Shown here: one piece after another, positions 20,274-29,506 of the stretch
How the letters are laid out: each line of letters opens with the position of its first letter
Numbering within the stretch: the stretch's first letter is position 1
From: a virus
DNA length: 64,000 nt
Reading direction: 5' to 3' (one strand)
Virus record (IMG/VR): IMGVR_UViG_3300025853_000046
Coordinates: 26,823-90,822 of that record
Notes under the pieces: model-generated
The model's database searches: none
The model's input: the letters and a program-made list of their open reading frames with translations, nothing else
Told to the model about the DNA's origin: nothing
Made by a program: the position numbers and the translations under genes

Positions 20274-22807
20274 TAAATCACCATGTCCAGTAATTGTATT
20301 CTTTGTTCTATCTTATCTATAAAACTTTTCCTTACTTTATCCACGGCTTTACCCTTTACGGCAATATTTTTTCCTTCCGTAGTTATGTTATAAGTTCTTT
20401 TACCGGCCCCTTCCGATTGAGCAAAAGATTTTTGTCTTGATGTAGCAAAATCTACACCCGTTAAAGAACTTACAATTTTAATATCAAAGTTCTGTTGATA
20501 ATTTGAAACTGCTTGGGCTTCAACTCCAGAACTTTTTTCAGTAATCATTATTACAAAATTAATTTTTCCAGCAGAAGTATATTTTGTAGGTTGCCCCCAT
20601 TGTTTAGGGTTATTACTTTCATTAGTTAATGTGGCATAGAAAATATTTACTAATTTATCAATTATACTTTCTCCTTTAAACATATCTAAATAACTAAATA
20701 CTGTTTCCTTACCTTTATCTGCAACTATTCTAAGACTACGGTTGAAAAACTTTGATAAAGACAAACGAATATTATCAAAGTCTCCTTCATCTAATTCTCT
20801 ATTATCTAATATATTTTTATACTGTTCTTCATATTTCTTACCTTCTTCTGTTTCAAATAAAGTTTCAAAGTTAGATTCTATTTCTTCTATTGTAGCAGGT
20901 TCGGTCAAATTTCTTAAACTTCTTATGTCTATGTCCAATAGTTCGTCATAAGACTCTAATTGTTTTAATTGATTTTCTGAATATGTTGGTTCAATAACTA
21001 TATCTTCTGATTCATTGTTCCTTACTGAATCAGTATATGTGCCAAACACATCTGATATTTCACCACAAATATCTTTTAAATTTCTCAAATCTTCTCTCAT
21101 GTTATCGTCAAGATTTCTTAAACCATCAACTATTTCTTCTCTTTCTTCTCCAACCATGAAGGGTTCTAAAAAGTTATTTAACCTTTCAATAATATTCTCA
21201 TCGCCCGTAATACCCTCATCTTCTAAATCTTGCTGTTCTTCTTCACCTACAAGAGATTGTTCTGCTTGTAGAGCCACGCCTGTTATTTGAGTATAATAAG
21301 TTTCTATTTCATCTTTTGACATTTGAATTGCTTCTACTTTGTCTAAAAATTCCGTAACTTCTTTAGGTATTTTATCAGGAATTAAGTCGCTTAAAAGACC
21401 GTCTACTATGTCTTCTACTGTTTCTTCATATTCACCTCCAACCGGAATATCCATTTTAGAAGTAAAAGAACCCTTTGAAGATATTTTATCGTAAGGTTTT
21501 TTACCAGCCTTAACATCTAAGAAATCATCAACTGGAATCCAGTCTTGTTCTCTTGTCGTTAAAGTATATTTCCTTTGACCTCTACTAAGTTTCACATCAT
21601 AATCAAAACCTTTTGAATTTACCAAATGGTCTCTAATTACATTTTTCAATGAACTTTCGGAAACGGTTTCTACTCTTTCAACCATACTTGTATCTCTTGT
21701 CCTTGTTCCAACTTCAGGTAAATCAACATCTTCGACTCCTCTACGCTGAACTTCAACAACTTCGGGTGGATTTAAGTTATCTATATAATCATTGATTTGT
21801 GTATAATACTCATCGCTAATATTCATCAATTTACCTAATTGTTCTCCAGTAAAATCAACGGACTCCTCGCCTTCTTTTAATGCTCGCCTTTCTCCCTTGA
21901 CTGTATCGGGAATAGTATAATTTCCTTCTATCCATTTCTTTGTTACCTTTCTTAGGAAAGTTTTCCACTTAATAGGTGATAAACTCCCTAATACATTTAA
22001 GAAATCAAAATACTGTTGAGCAGTCATTTCTTTTAAAATTAATCTTCTATTATTAGGAAGTCTTGGTATTTCACCACTTGTATCTAAACCCTTTATACCA
22101 TTATCGGATGCCCATTCTGCTAACATATCTCCCCATTGAGACTCCTCAATTTCTGTTAATTGTATATACGGGGGACTACTTCTCTGAAAATCTTTAGGAT
22201 ATTTAGCACCTTCAATACCATCTAAGGCTCTAAATATATCATTTAATATTGCTTCTGCCCAACCCTCTCTCGCTATAACTTTTGCATTTGCTTTAACTTG
22301 AGAAGTTGTAGTGCCATCCTCTCCTACCTTTTCGGCAAATAATGATTTAATAGAATTAAACATATTGCCTGTTTTGATAAATTGCTTATAACCATGTTTT
22401 CCAATTGCTCTTAAAACATTTTCATCATTAATATCTAAGATAGAATAAAAATTTAAAGATTCCCCTTCAAGAACATCTCTTAAAGTTAAGGGAGTTCTTT
22501 CTGAATAACCAAAGTCTTCCAATAAATTCTGTGCTAAAGTATCGTCTTTACCGTAAAAATCTTCTAAATCCATATTTAGAACATCTTCAAAAGCCGTTTT
22601 GTTAATCTTGTCAAACTCTTTATCATTGTAGTCAATCAAACCTCTCACATTTTCGTGGTTGGTTCTTATAAAGGTCGGTAATTTATTCTTGTTAATAGTT
22701 TCACTAAGAATATACTCTACCATTATACGCCTTGCTGTATCTATACTATACTTAGTATTATTAGGTATCGTATCATTATATGTTGGAACATTAGTCACGC
22801 ACTCCAC
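20273..22807 (-). CDS. Large acidic hypothetical protein (844 aa)
   Basis: Long ORF in the morphogenesis operon; no recognisable motif. Confidence 0.6.
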   Translation of the reverse strand: MECVTNVPTYNDTIPNNTKYSIDTARRIMVEYILSETINKNKLPTFIRTNHENVRGLIDYNDKEFDKINKTAFEDVLNMDLEDFYGKDDTLAQNLLEDFGYSERTPLTLRDVLEGESLNFYSILDINDENVLRAIGKHGYKQFIKTGNMFNSIKSLFAEKVGEDGTTTSQVKANAKVIAREGWAEAILNDIFRALDGIEGAKYPKDFQRSSPPYIQLTEIEESQWGDMLAEWASDNGIKGLDTSGEIPRLPNNRRLILKEMTAQQYFDFLNVLGSLSPIKWKTFLRKVTKKWIEGNYTIPDTVKGERRALKEGEESVDFTGEQLGKLMNISDEYYTQINDYIDNLNPPEVVEVQRRGVEDVDLPEVGTRTRDTSMVERVETVSESSLKNVIRDHLVNSKGFDYDVKLSRGQRKYTLTTREQDWIPVDDFLDVKAGKKPYDKISSKGSFTSKMDIPVGGEYEETVEDIVDGLLSDLIPDKIPKEVTEFLDKVEAIQMSKDEIETYYTQITGVALQAEQSLVGEEEQQDLEDEGITGDENIIERLNNFLEPFMVGEEREEIVDGLRNLDDNMREDLRNLKDICGEISDVFGTYTDSVRNNESEDIVIEPTYSENQLKQLESYDELLDIDIRSLRNLTEPATIEEIESNFETLFETEEGKKYEEQYKNILDNRELDEGDFDNIRLSLSKFFNRSLRIVADKGKETVFSYLDMFKGESIIDKLVNIFYATLTNESNNPKQWGQPTKYTSAGKINFVIMITEKSSGVEAQAVSNYQQNFDIKIVSSLTGVDFATSRQKSFAQSEGAGKRTYNITTEGKNIAVKGKAVDKVRKSFIDKIEQRIQLLDMVI

Positions 22808-22808
22808 C

Positions 22809-23282
22809 TCAATTGTGCAGTACGAAGATTTCTAAGTTAGACCAATCAGAAGAAGATATTTTAATACCATTCCTACAAACAACATTAAAACCACGATAGA
22901 AATATGTAGTATCGGCGGCTATGTGAAACTTACATATTAAATTAGCAAGACTATGAAATTGTAAAGGGCCGTTTGTATTTCCACCTGTAGTAGATGCAGT
23001 AAGTTCAACAGTTGTTGAATCAGTAATAGATAAGACCTTTGTATCAACAGGAATGCCTGTTCCTGTAACTAAATCTCCTACCGCAAATGCCGATGAATCT
23101 TCGACGGTTACTGTAGGGTCATTATTATAAGTAGATACTTGAGTAGATGGGTCATTATTATTATCGGAAATATAGACAATGGAGGCTGTTGCCCCGTTGA
23201 AAACATTTACTCCTTCAAATGTTCCACCTTTAGTAGAAATATTTTGGTTATTGCTTGTTACTTTCGTTGAATTATACGGCAT
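22809..23282 (-). CDS. Small structural protein carrying a shared beta module (157 aa)
   Basis: Contains the NNDPT...VGDLVTGTGIP...ELTASTTGG module, also found in the tail proteins. Confidence 0.55.
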   Translation of the reverse strand: MPYNSTKVTSNNQNISTKGGTFEGVNVFNGATASIVYISDNNNDPSTQVSTYNNDPTVTVEDSSAFAVGDLVTGTGIPVDTKVLSITDSTTVELTASTTGGNTNGPLQFHSLANLICKFHIAADTTYFYRGFNVVCRNGIKISSSDWSNLEIFVLHN

Positions 23283-23327
23283 ATCTTTCCCTCTTATTTA
23301 TCGTTAAGAAGCGTTAGGTATTAAACC

Positions 23328-23675
23328 TTACTCTTCTTCTAATACAGTTAGACCAAGTAGTGCGGCTTTGCTATCAGATAATTTATAAGAAATTCCTTGT
23401 TCTTTTAACCAAGCCTGTAAATCACGCTTAGTCATTGAAGAGAAATCAAGGACATCCGCTTCACTGACTTCTTCAACAATAGTCTCTTCAACAATGGTTT
23501 CTTCAACCAATGTTTCTTCAACCAATGTTTCTGTCTCAGCGGAGTCCAAGATTTCAAATCCATTCTTAATAAAAAATTCTAACAAACGCTCATCAACCTC
23601 GTAAGTCAATCCACCTAAGTATTGACTACCAAAGATTGTTTTTGTTCCACCTGTAATATTTTTTACTCTTAACAT
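23328..23675 (-). CDS. HeH/LEM/Rho-N-like domain protein (115 aa)
   Basis: C-terminal 'DFSSMTKRDLQAWLKEQGISY...SKAALL'; ETLVE/ETIVE repeat linker; typical post-MCP position. Confidence 0.65.
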   Translation of the reverse strand: MLRVKNITGGTKTIFGSQYLGGLTYEVDERLLEFFIKNGFEILDSAETETLVEETLVEETIVEETIVEEVSEADVLDFSSMTKRDLQAWLKEQGISYKLSDSKAALLGLTVLEEE

Positions 23676-23684
23676 TTACTCACC

Positions 23685-24284
23685 TCATAGAAGACCGTAT
23701 GCTCTAATTCTAAAAGTTCCTAAGTCACCTGTAACAACTGCACCCGTTGAAAGGGTGCTTGGTTCAAGAACTAAATATTCTCCAAGAGTAGCAAGAGCAG
23801 TAGCATCTGTAAAAAGCGCACCAGCAGTTGTAATTCTTGTATTTAGTTGAACCAATTTGTTTTCCTGTGCCATAACTTCAATGTGGCTAAGTCGGGAAAG
23901 TCCCAAATCCGAAGCAACAAGAGAAAAGTTATTTCCAACAATAGTAATTTCATCATTTGTAGCATCTGCCGCAACTGCTGAAACAACCATAGTATTTACA
24001 CCATCGGTACTAACAATAGTAACTTCACCATCATTTCCACCTGTAGCGGATGAACCAAGAGTAATTGTACTTCCCGGTGTATAATTTGTTGCGGCATTAA
24101 GAGCAGTTCCACTTGCACGAGTAATCGTGTTTGTAGCGGCTACATAATTTACTGTTGTTGTTACTGATGCTGTTGCACTCTTAGTTACATTAAGGATAAA
24201 ATCAACATAGTAATAATGTCCTTGAACTTTTGGTGCAGTAGAACCGTGGTGGTCTGCGATTAATGTGATTGCGTTTAATCCCAT
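23685..24284 (-). CDS. Putative capsid decoration/minor capsid protein (199 aa)
   Basis: Directly downstream of the MCP with GAGGTGA SD; Thr/Ala-rich beta protein. Confidence 0.5.
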   Translation of the reverse strand: MGLNAITLIADHHGSTAPKVQGHYYYVDFILNVTKSATASVTTTVNYVAATNTITRASGTALNAATNYTPGSTITLGSSATGGNDGEVTIVSTDGVNTMVVSAVAADATNDEITIVGNNFSLVASDLGLSRLSHIEVMAQENKLVQLNTRITTAGALFTDATALATLGEYLVLEPSTLSTGAVVTGDLGTFRIRAYGLL

Positions 24285-24295
24285 ACTAAATCACC

Positions 24296-25531
24296 TCATT
24301 GAAGGTCAATTAACTTGCCTTGTCCACGCACATAAGTACACATTGTTTCTCCGATTGTTCGGTAAAGTCCTCGGTGTCCTAAGAATCCGTGTCCGAAAAC
24401 TTCCTTAGTGTTCATACCACCTTCAAAGTATTCAGTAGGCTTAAGAGTACACAAGAACAAATGGTCGGTATCAAGAAGTAAAATATCTGAAATACCGCTT
24501 CCGCCTGTTGGCATATCCTTACAAGGAATAATAGGAATGTCGTGATAGGTAGCAACCTTAAATCCGACTTCTCTTCCCTTAACTCCTTTAATACCACCAT
24601 GAGAAGGAACAACTTCTGTTCGACCCATGAATCTTTCTTGGGCTTGGAGAAGTTCTCCTAATGTTTGAATGGTGTCATATCCTGTAAGGAAAACCTTTGG
24701 TGAACCGCCACGAGCCATCAAGTTTCGTAGAGCAGTATTAAGCATATTAACAGTCAAGTTACGAGCAGTTCCCGAATTTGAATCAACATATGCTTCAAGG
24801 TATTCTGTTCCCGACGAAGCACGAACAGTTCCGAAAAGATTTAGTTTTGCATTACCGTCAAGATTAGACAAAGCATTCATTTCTGCATGAGTTGAAACAA
24901 TCTTGTAAAGTGAAGTAAGAGAACGCTCTGGATTGTCGTAGTCTTTTCCACTTGAGGCAGGTGCATCCAAACCGGAAGTAGTCAAATCAGTAAGAACCAT
25001 TGAGTTCATGGCTTCTGCGTGTGAAATACCAACTTCTTCACGGTAGGTAGAAATAATATCTCCGATACCATCATCCATTCCTCCGAGAAGTTGTGCAATC
25101 TCCGAAAGTTCAAAGGTATGCGCAACAGTCTTAGGAGAAAGACTTAGGTTTGCGAAAGTAGGCTTAATTTCATCAATATTGGAAATTGTAGCGTTTTCTA
25201 CTTGTCCACCGAGAGTGTCCAAATCGGAAACAGTAAAAACATCAGTATTACCACCAAGAGAACGCCCCTTCATAACTCTCCAACCACTACTCTTCCACGG
25301 CTTCTTAGGAAGCATTGAAAGTGCGTTAATTTCTCGGTTAATCATAGACCAAACTTTTTGTCCATAAACCAAGTTATACAAAGTAGCATCTCCACCCGAA
25401 GAAGGTGTTCCGCCTGTTTGGTCGTGAATAGGGTGAATACCCGTAAGTGCGGCTTTCAAAATATTACTTCCTCCGGATAGTCCGTAGGTCGCTCGCTCTA
25501 AGTCTTCAATTGTTCTAAAATATCCTGTCAT
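24296..25531 (-). CDS. Major capsid protein (HK97 fold)
   Basis: Follows the prohead protease; about 411 aa; 'YGQKVWSMINREINALSMLPKKPW..SGWR' and 'QGKLIDL' resemble halovirus/magrovirus MCPs; leader ends 'NILK|AA'. Confidence 0.9.
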   Translation of the reverse strand: MTGYFRTIEDLERATYGLSGGSNILKAALTGIHPIHDQTGGTPSSGGDATLYNLVYGQKVWSMINREINALSMLPKKPWKSSGWRVMKGRSLGGNTDVFTVSDLDTLGGQVENATISNIDEIKPTFANLSLSPKTVAHTFELSEIAQLLGGMDDGIGDIISTYREEVGISHAEAMNSMVLTDLTTSGLDAPASSGKDYDNPERSLTSLYKIVSTHAEMNALSNLDGNAKLNLFGTVRASSGTEYLEAYVDSNSGTARNLTVNMLNTALRNLMARGGSPKVFLTGYDTIQTLGELLQAQERFMGRTEVVPSHGGIKGVKGREVGFKVATYHDIPIIPCKDMPTGGSGISDILLLDTDHLFLCTLKPTEYFEGGMNTKEVFGHGFLGHRGLYRTIGETMCTYVRGQGKLIDLQ

Positions 25532-25532
25532 T

Positions 25533-26717
25533 TTAAGCACCTCTGTTGTATTTGTCCATTAATTCGTGAACTTCATTCCATGACATTTCTGAAATGTTAT
25601 CGAAGTCCTCACTAAGTTGATTGGACACAGATTGAGTTTCTGCGGCCTTAGCGATAGTGTTGTTCTCAAGAGATTTCTTCAATTGAGAAAATTCTTCCTT
25701 AAGTGAAAGAACTGCGTCTGCGGCATTAAACTTGCTCTTAGCAATTTCATCTGCTTCGAGTGCAAGGTCTTTATTATATCGGGCTTCAAATTCAGCCTTA
25801 ATAACTTCGTATGCACGAGCCTCTTCTTTTTCAGCCTTGAATTGTTCATAGGCTTTTTCGATGTTTGACTTTGAAAGGTCAAGAGAATCAATAGATTCGG
25901 CCTTTGCTTCAACAAATTCCGAAAACTCGGCTTTCATTTCTCGACCCATCTTTTCTTCATCTTTCATTTCTTCAACATCATCATCATCATCAGATTCTGC
26001 TTTCATTTCTTCGCTGTCATAGTCTCCCATTTCAACGGACTCCTCTTCCATTTCATCCATCATCTCAAGTTCTTCCTCTTGTTCGAGGGTGTCCATTGTA
26101 TTCTTGAGAACCGTGGATTCACGGAGTTCAGCCATTACTTCATTAAACTCATTAAGAGCCTTTTCTATTTCTGTATTCATTTTATTATCCTCCTTTATTA
26201 GGTTAAATTTTGCTTCAGGGTTTATGCCCTCTTCGCATATGGTGATTTCATGTAATTCAAGTTTATCAATTTCTTTATAACTTCCGGTATCGGAGTCATA
26301 TTTATTTGTCTTGTTTATCGCCTGTCCACCTATTGAAAAAGAACGAAGATTACCCTTTCTTACATCACGAGCAACCTCCTTAGCCTTTTCAATATCATTT
26401 CTTAATTTTATCACCACAAAAAACCCTGTATCATCAACGCCTGTTTTTAGGACTTTACCATTGGAATCTGTATATTGGTCTACGACCTCTCCGACTTGAA
26501 CATTAGAATGTGTAATCATAACATTTCTATATCGGTCTTGTTTCATAAACTTATCAGCCGCTTCACGAATTGCGCCTAAAGTAATTTTATCATTTTGTTT
26601 ATCTACTACATCAACTGATGCGTAGCCAGCAATAACACATTCATTATTTTCTTTAAGAATAACGAATTCTCCACCGCTATTTGGCTCATCACCAAACATA
26701 GGAGTACTTAACTGCAT
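25533..26717 (-). CDS. Prohead protease fused to an acidic scaffold domain (394 aa)
   Basis: 'IAGYAS...VDKQND', 'H..VQVG', 'LRSFSIGG' and 'LHEITIC...INPEA' HK97-type protease motifs; C-terminal acidic coiled coil. Confidence 0.92.
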   Translation of the reverse strand: MQLSTPMFGDEPNSGGEFVILKENNECVIAGYASVDVVDKQNDKITLGAIREAADKFMKQDRYRNVMITHSNVQVGEVVDQYTDSNGKVLKTGVDDTGFFVVIKLRNDIEKAKEVARDVRKGNLRSFSIGGQAINKTNKYDSDTGSYKEIDKLELHEITICEEGINPEAKFNLIKEDNKMNTEIEKALNEFNEVMAELRESTVLKNTMDTLEQEEELEMMDEMEEESVEMGDYDSEEMKAESDDDDDVEEMKDEEKMGREMKAEFSEFVEAKAESIDSLDLSKSNIEKAYEQFKAEKEEARAYEVIKAEFEARYNKDLALEADEIAKSKFNAADAVLSLKEEFSQLKKSLENNTIAKAAETQSVSNQLSEDFDNISEMSWNEVHELMDKYNRGA

Positions 26718-26740
26718 GATAGGGTCTGTGCTATGTGGAC

Positions 26741-26749
26741 TATATAAAA
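26741..26749 (-). promoter_or_regulatory. Archaeal TATA box for the protease-MCP transcript
   Basis: TTTTATATA about 24 nt upstream of the ATG at 26717, the spacing of a leaderless mRNA. Confidence 0.6.
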
Positions 26750-26759
26750 CTATTTAATT

Positions 26760-28850
26760 TTAAGAATCGTCTTCATAGATATTAATTAGCCCTGAGTCAC
26801 TCGATTTAGGGGCAGGTTTTGATTCATACCCTGTCCATGCGAGCCACATTTCTTTGTCTTGAACAGGTAAAAATCTACAATGTATTTTAGTTTTTACCTC
26901 TTTTCCATTTAGAATATACTCGTGATAACCTTTTCTTTGTGCGCCTAAAATCATTGGCCCACGCTCAAGTAGTGTTTCAGTATCAGGTTTTGGTATTTGC
27001 TTACAGGGGTATTTACCGGACTCTCCTAAAAAGTCGTATATCTGTTCATCCCCACTTACTCGTATTTCCCAAGTCATCTTTTTACCTTGATAAATTATTA
27101 CAAAATGTAAATATCCGTTCTTTGTAATCCAAAGTTCAAACTCCCCCTTACGAACTTCTGCTTTATTTAACACATCATCATCGTGGCTAAACTTTCCAGC
27201 AGAATAAACAATTCCGTATGTTTCACCCGCTTTCATTAAACGGTCTTTCATTTTATTTTGTGAATTATTAAAAAGTCTATTCATCATCTTAGGGTCATGT
27301 TTAGTGGCTCTACCAAAAATATCATCTGCGGATAAATTACCATAATCCATTACTAATTGTTTTACGAATATAAAAAACCTACCATTATCTTTACCATAGG
27401 CATCTTTTAATTCTTCTTTCCAAAAGTCTATATCTATTGAAGCGTTTTTGGACATTAAATTTTTATCTTTAAATCCGTGAAAAATAAATCCATCTAAATC
27501 TAATTCTGTTTGAAGTTTTGCTACACCATGTATTCCATCTGTAATTTCATATGACTTTGTAAGGGCTTCTATTTTGTAATCCCCAAGACTTTTCTTTCCA
27601 CCTGTTGTTAAAAATTCAAGAGTAATTAACTTATCGGGAAGTTTTACTTCAGGTATTTCGTGAAACTTTGAATTGAATAAAGAGAATCCCTTCTTAGGAT
27701 TACCCATAATTTCATCTGCCGTTACACGAATAATAGTTCCCTCTTCTACATCTTGTTTAGTATTTGTTGTCTTACCGACATTCATGTAAAAGTCTCCATC
27801 CATTTCAACAGCCTTAATACTATCTTCTTCAACAGGCCCGATACCCATAGAGTAGCCAAAAGTTCCATTTTTATTTTCAGTTTTAGACAAAACTATAACA
27901 TCTAAGTCTACAAATTTTTTCCACTTAATCCATTTAGGGTTTTTCTTTTTACCAATAACATAAGAAGATTTAGCATCTTTAATAACCACACCCTCGGATG
28001 CAGGATTATCCATTATCTGCATAGCGTATTCTTCAATCTCGGATAAAGAATCAGCATCACGGGTATTACTTTTATTTGGAAATAATACCTTTTCATCTGC
28101 GTTTGCTGAAAAATTTTTCATAAGAATCATAATGCGTTCTTCTAATTTTTCAGACGCTACGGACTTATCTTCAAAATACATAATATCAAATACATGCGCT
28201 TTAATATCTGCTTCTTCTGTTACCTTTTTATTAATATGGGCAAGAGTATCTGCTCGAACTAAAGGTTCTCCGTCTTTATACATTACTGCTTCGCCGTCTA
28301 AAATACAACTTGGAAAAACTCTATTTTCTAAAACCTTAACAACATCAGGCATTTTGTCGGTAATGTCTCTTGCGTTAAATGTGTAAATCTTAACCTTATT
28401 TTCAAACTTATGAATTTGTATTCTTAGACCATCGTATTTTTCTTGAACAATATAATCATTTGTAAGCCCTTTAATTTCTTTCATGTCGTCTATTTCAAAT
28501 ATACGATACATTGGTTTATTCGGTTCTATGAATTTTTCGGGTCTATCTTGTTTTACTATTTCAATAGGAGATTGCCTATTATTAAAATATCCATAAATTT
28601 CACCTGCTTTATTATTTGCTACCGAAAAAGAATCATCAGAAAACAAAACACTGTCATCTATATTAGGAAATTGTTCCTTAATTTTGGGGTCTTTTAAAAG
28701 TTCTCTCAATTGAACTACTAATTTTTCCCAATCCTTTTCATATGCTTTAGGATTTTCCTTAGCACTTAAAAATGTAGCACGAACCATGTTACTTAAAGAA
28801 GAAACATTTTTTACTACACTATCAAATTGAGTAAATATCATTACTCTCAC
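26760..28850 (-). CDS. lig: ATP-dependent DNA ligase with C-terminal extension (696 aa)
   Basis: Motif I 'QEKYDGLRIQIH', III 'ILDGEAV', IIIa 'VFDIM', IV 'EGVVIK', V 'WIKWK' and an OB domain. Confidence 0.92.
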   Translation of the reverse strand: MRVMIFTQFDSVVKNVSSLSNMVRATFLSAKENPKAYEKDWEKLVVQLRELLKDPKIKEQFPNIDDSVLFSDDSFSVANNKAGEIYGYFNNRQSPIEIVKQDRPEKFIEPNKPMYRIFEIDDMKEIKGLTNDYIVQEKYDGLRIQIHKFENKVKIYTFNARDITDKMPDVVKVLENRVFPSCILDGEAVMYKDGEPLVRADTLAHINKKVTEEADIKAHVFDIMYFEDKSVASEKLEERIMILMKNFSANADEKVLFPNKSNTRDADSLSEIEEYAMQIMDNPASEGVVIKDAKSSYVIGKKKNPKWIKWKKFVDLDVIVLSKTENKNGTFGYSMGIGPVEEDSIKAVEMDGDFYMNVGKTTNTKQDVEEGTIIRVTADEIMGNPKKGFSLFNSKFHEIPEVKLPDKLITLEFLTTGGKKSLGDYKIEALTKSYEITDGIHGVAKLQTELDLDGFIFHGFKDKNLMSKNASIDIDFWKEELKDAYGKDNGRFFIFVKQLVMDYGNLSADDIFGRATKHDPKMMNRLFNNSQNKMKDRLMKAGETYGIVYSAGKFSHDDDVLNKAEVRKGEFELWITKNGYLHFVIIYQGKKMTWEIRVSGDEQIYDFLGESGKYPCKQIPKPDTETLLERGPMILGAQRKGYHEYILNGKEVKTKIHCRFLPVQDKEMWLAWTGYESKPAPKSSDSGLINIYEDDS

Positions 28851-29269
28851 ATCTCGTCACTTGGAGTTAAAGCCGCCTCTTCATTTACCGTTAAGGTATG
28901 TCGAAGACGCTTAAGTTTTCCGAGTGCTGTTTCTAAAGCGGCCTCTACATCTTTATCTTGAGAATCTTCGGCAGGTGCTACTGATTCTACACGAACTTCT
29001 TCTTGGTCGGGTTCTGCTTTGTATGTCATATTTTCAGGCATTAATTTACTTTGGTAATTTCTCTTAACCGTCGTCTGTTCCTTTGTAATTGGTTTAGCCG
29101 CCAACCGTTCAACATTAACTTGCTTTCCAGCATTCTCATTCTTTTGTGCATCGGCAGGTTCATACCCCAGTGCATTAGTAAGCAAAACTGTAAGTTCAGT
29201 TAATTGCGTTAAAACATCTACTCCCTGCATATCGGCTTCATCGGCTACCATTGTTTCTTTTTTACTCAT
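28847..29269 (-). CDS. Hypothetical protein (140 aa)
   Basis: Translationally coupled ORF in the head module. Confidence 0.55.
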   Translation of the reverse strand: MSKKETMVADEADMQGVDVLTQLTELTVLLTNALGYEPADAQKNENAGKQVNVERLAAKPITKEQTTVKRNYQSKLMPENMTYKAEPDQEEVRVESVAPAEDSQDKDVEAALETALGKLKRLRHTLTVNEEAALTPSDEM

Positions 29270-29502
29270 ATTGTTCCCTCCAAATTTTTGACAAGTGAAT
29301 CCAAATCACTCCAATCCATCTTTGAAATCACATCACCATTTGGCATACCCGCTTGGGCTTTTATGCTTGGTCTTGGACTTCTTACAAATCCGGACTTCAT
29401 AATTGCTGTGTCTGAATCTGCTAATTTTCTTTCTAAATCCTTAACCTTGTCGGATAGGGCTTTCAATATTTCTAAAATTTCCACTGTTGTTTCTTCTTCC
29501 AT
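29266..29502 (-). CDS. Small coiled-coil protein (starts MEEETT)
   Basis: GAGGAGG SD before ATG at 29502; internal ILK|A and IMK|S sites. Confidence 0.55.
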   Translation of the reverse strand: MEEETTVEILEILKALSDKVKDLERKLADSDTAIMKSGFVRSPRPSIKAQAGMPNGDVISKMDWSDLDSLVKNLEGTI

Positions 29503-29506
29503 TTTT

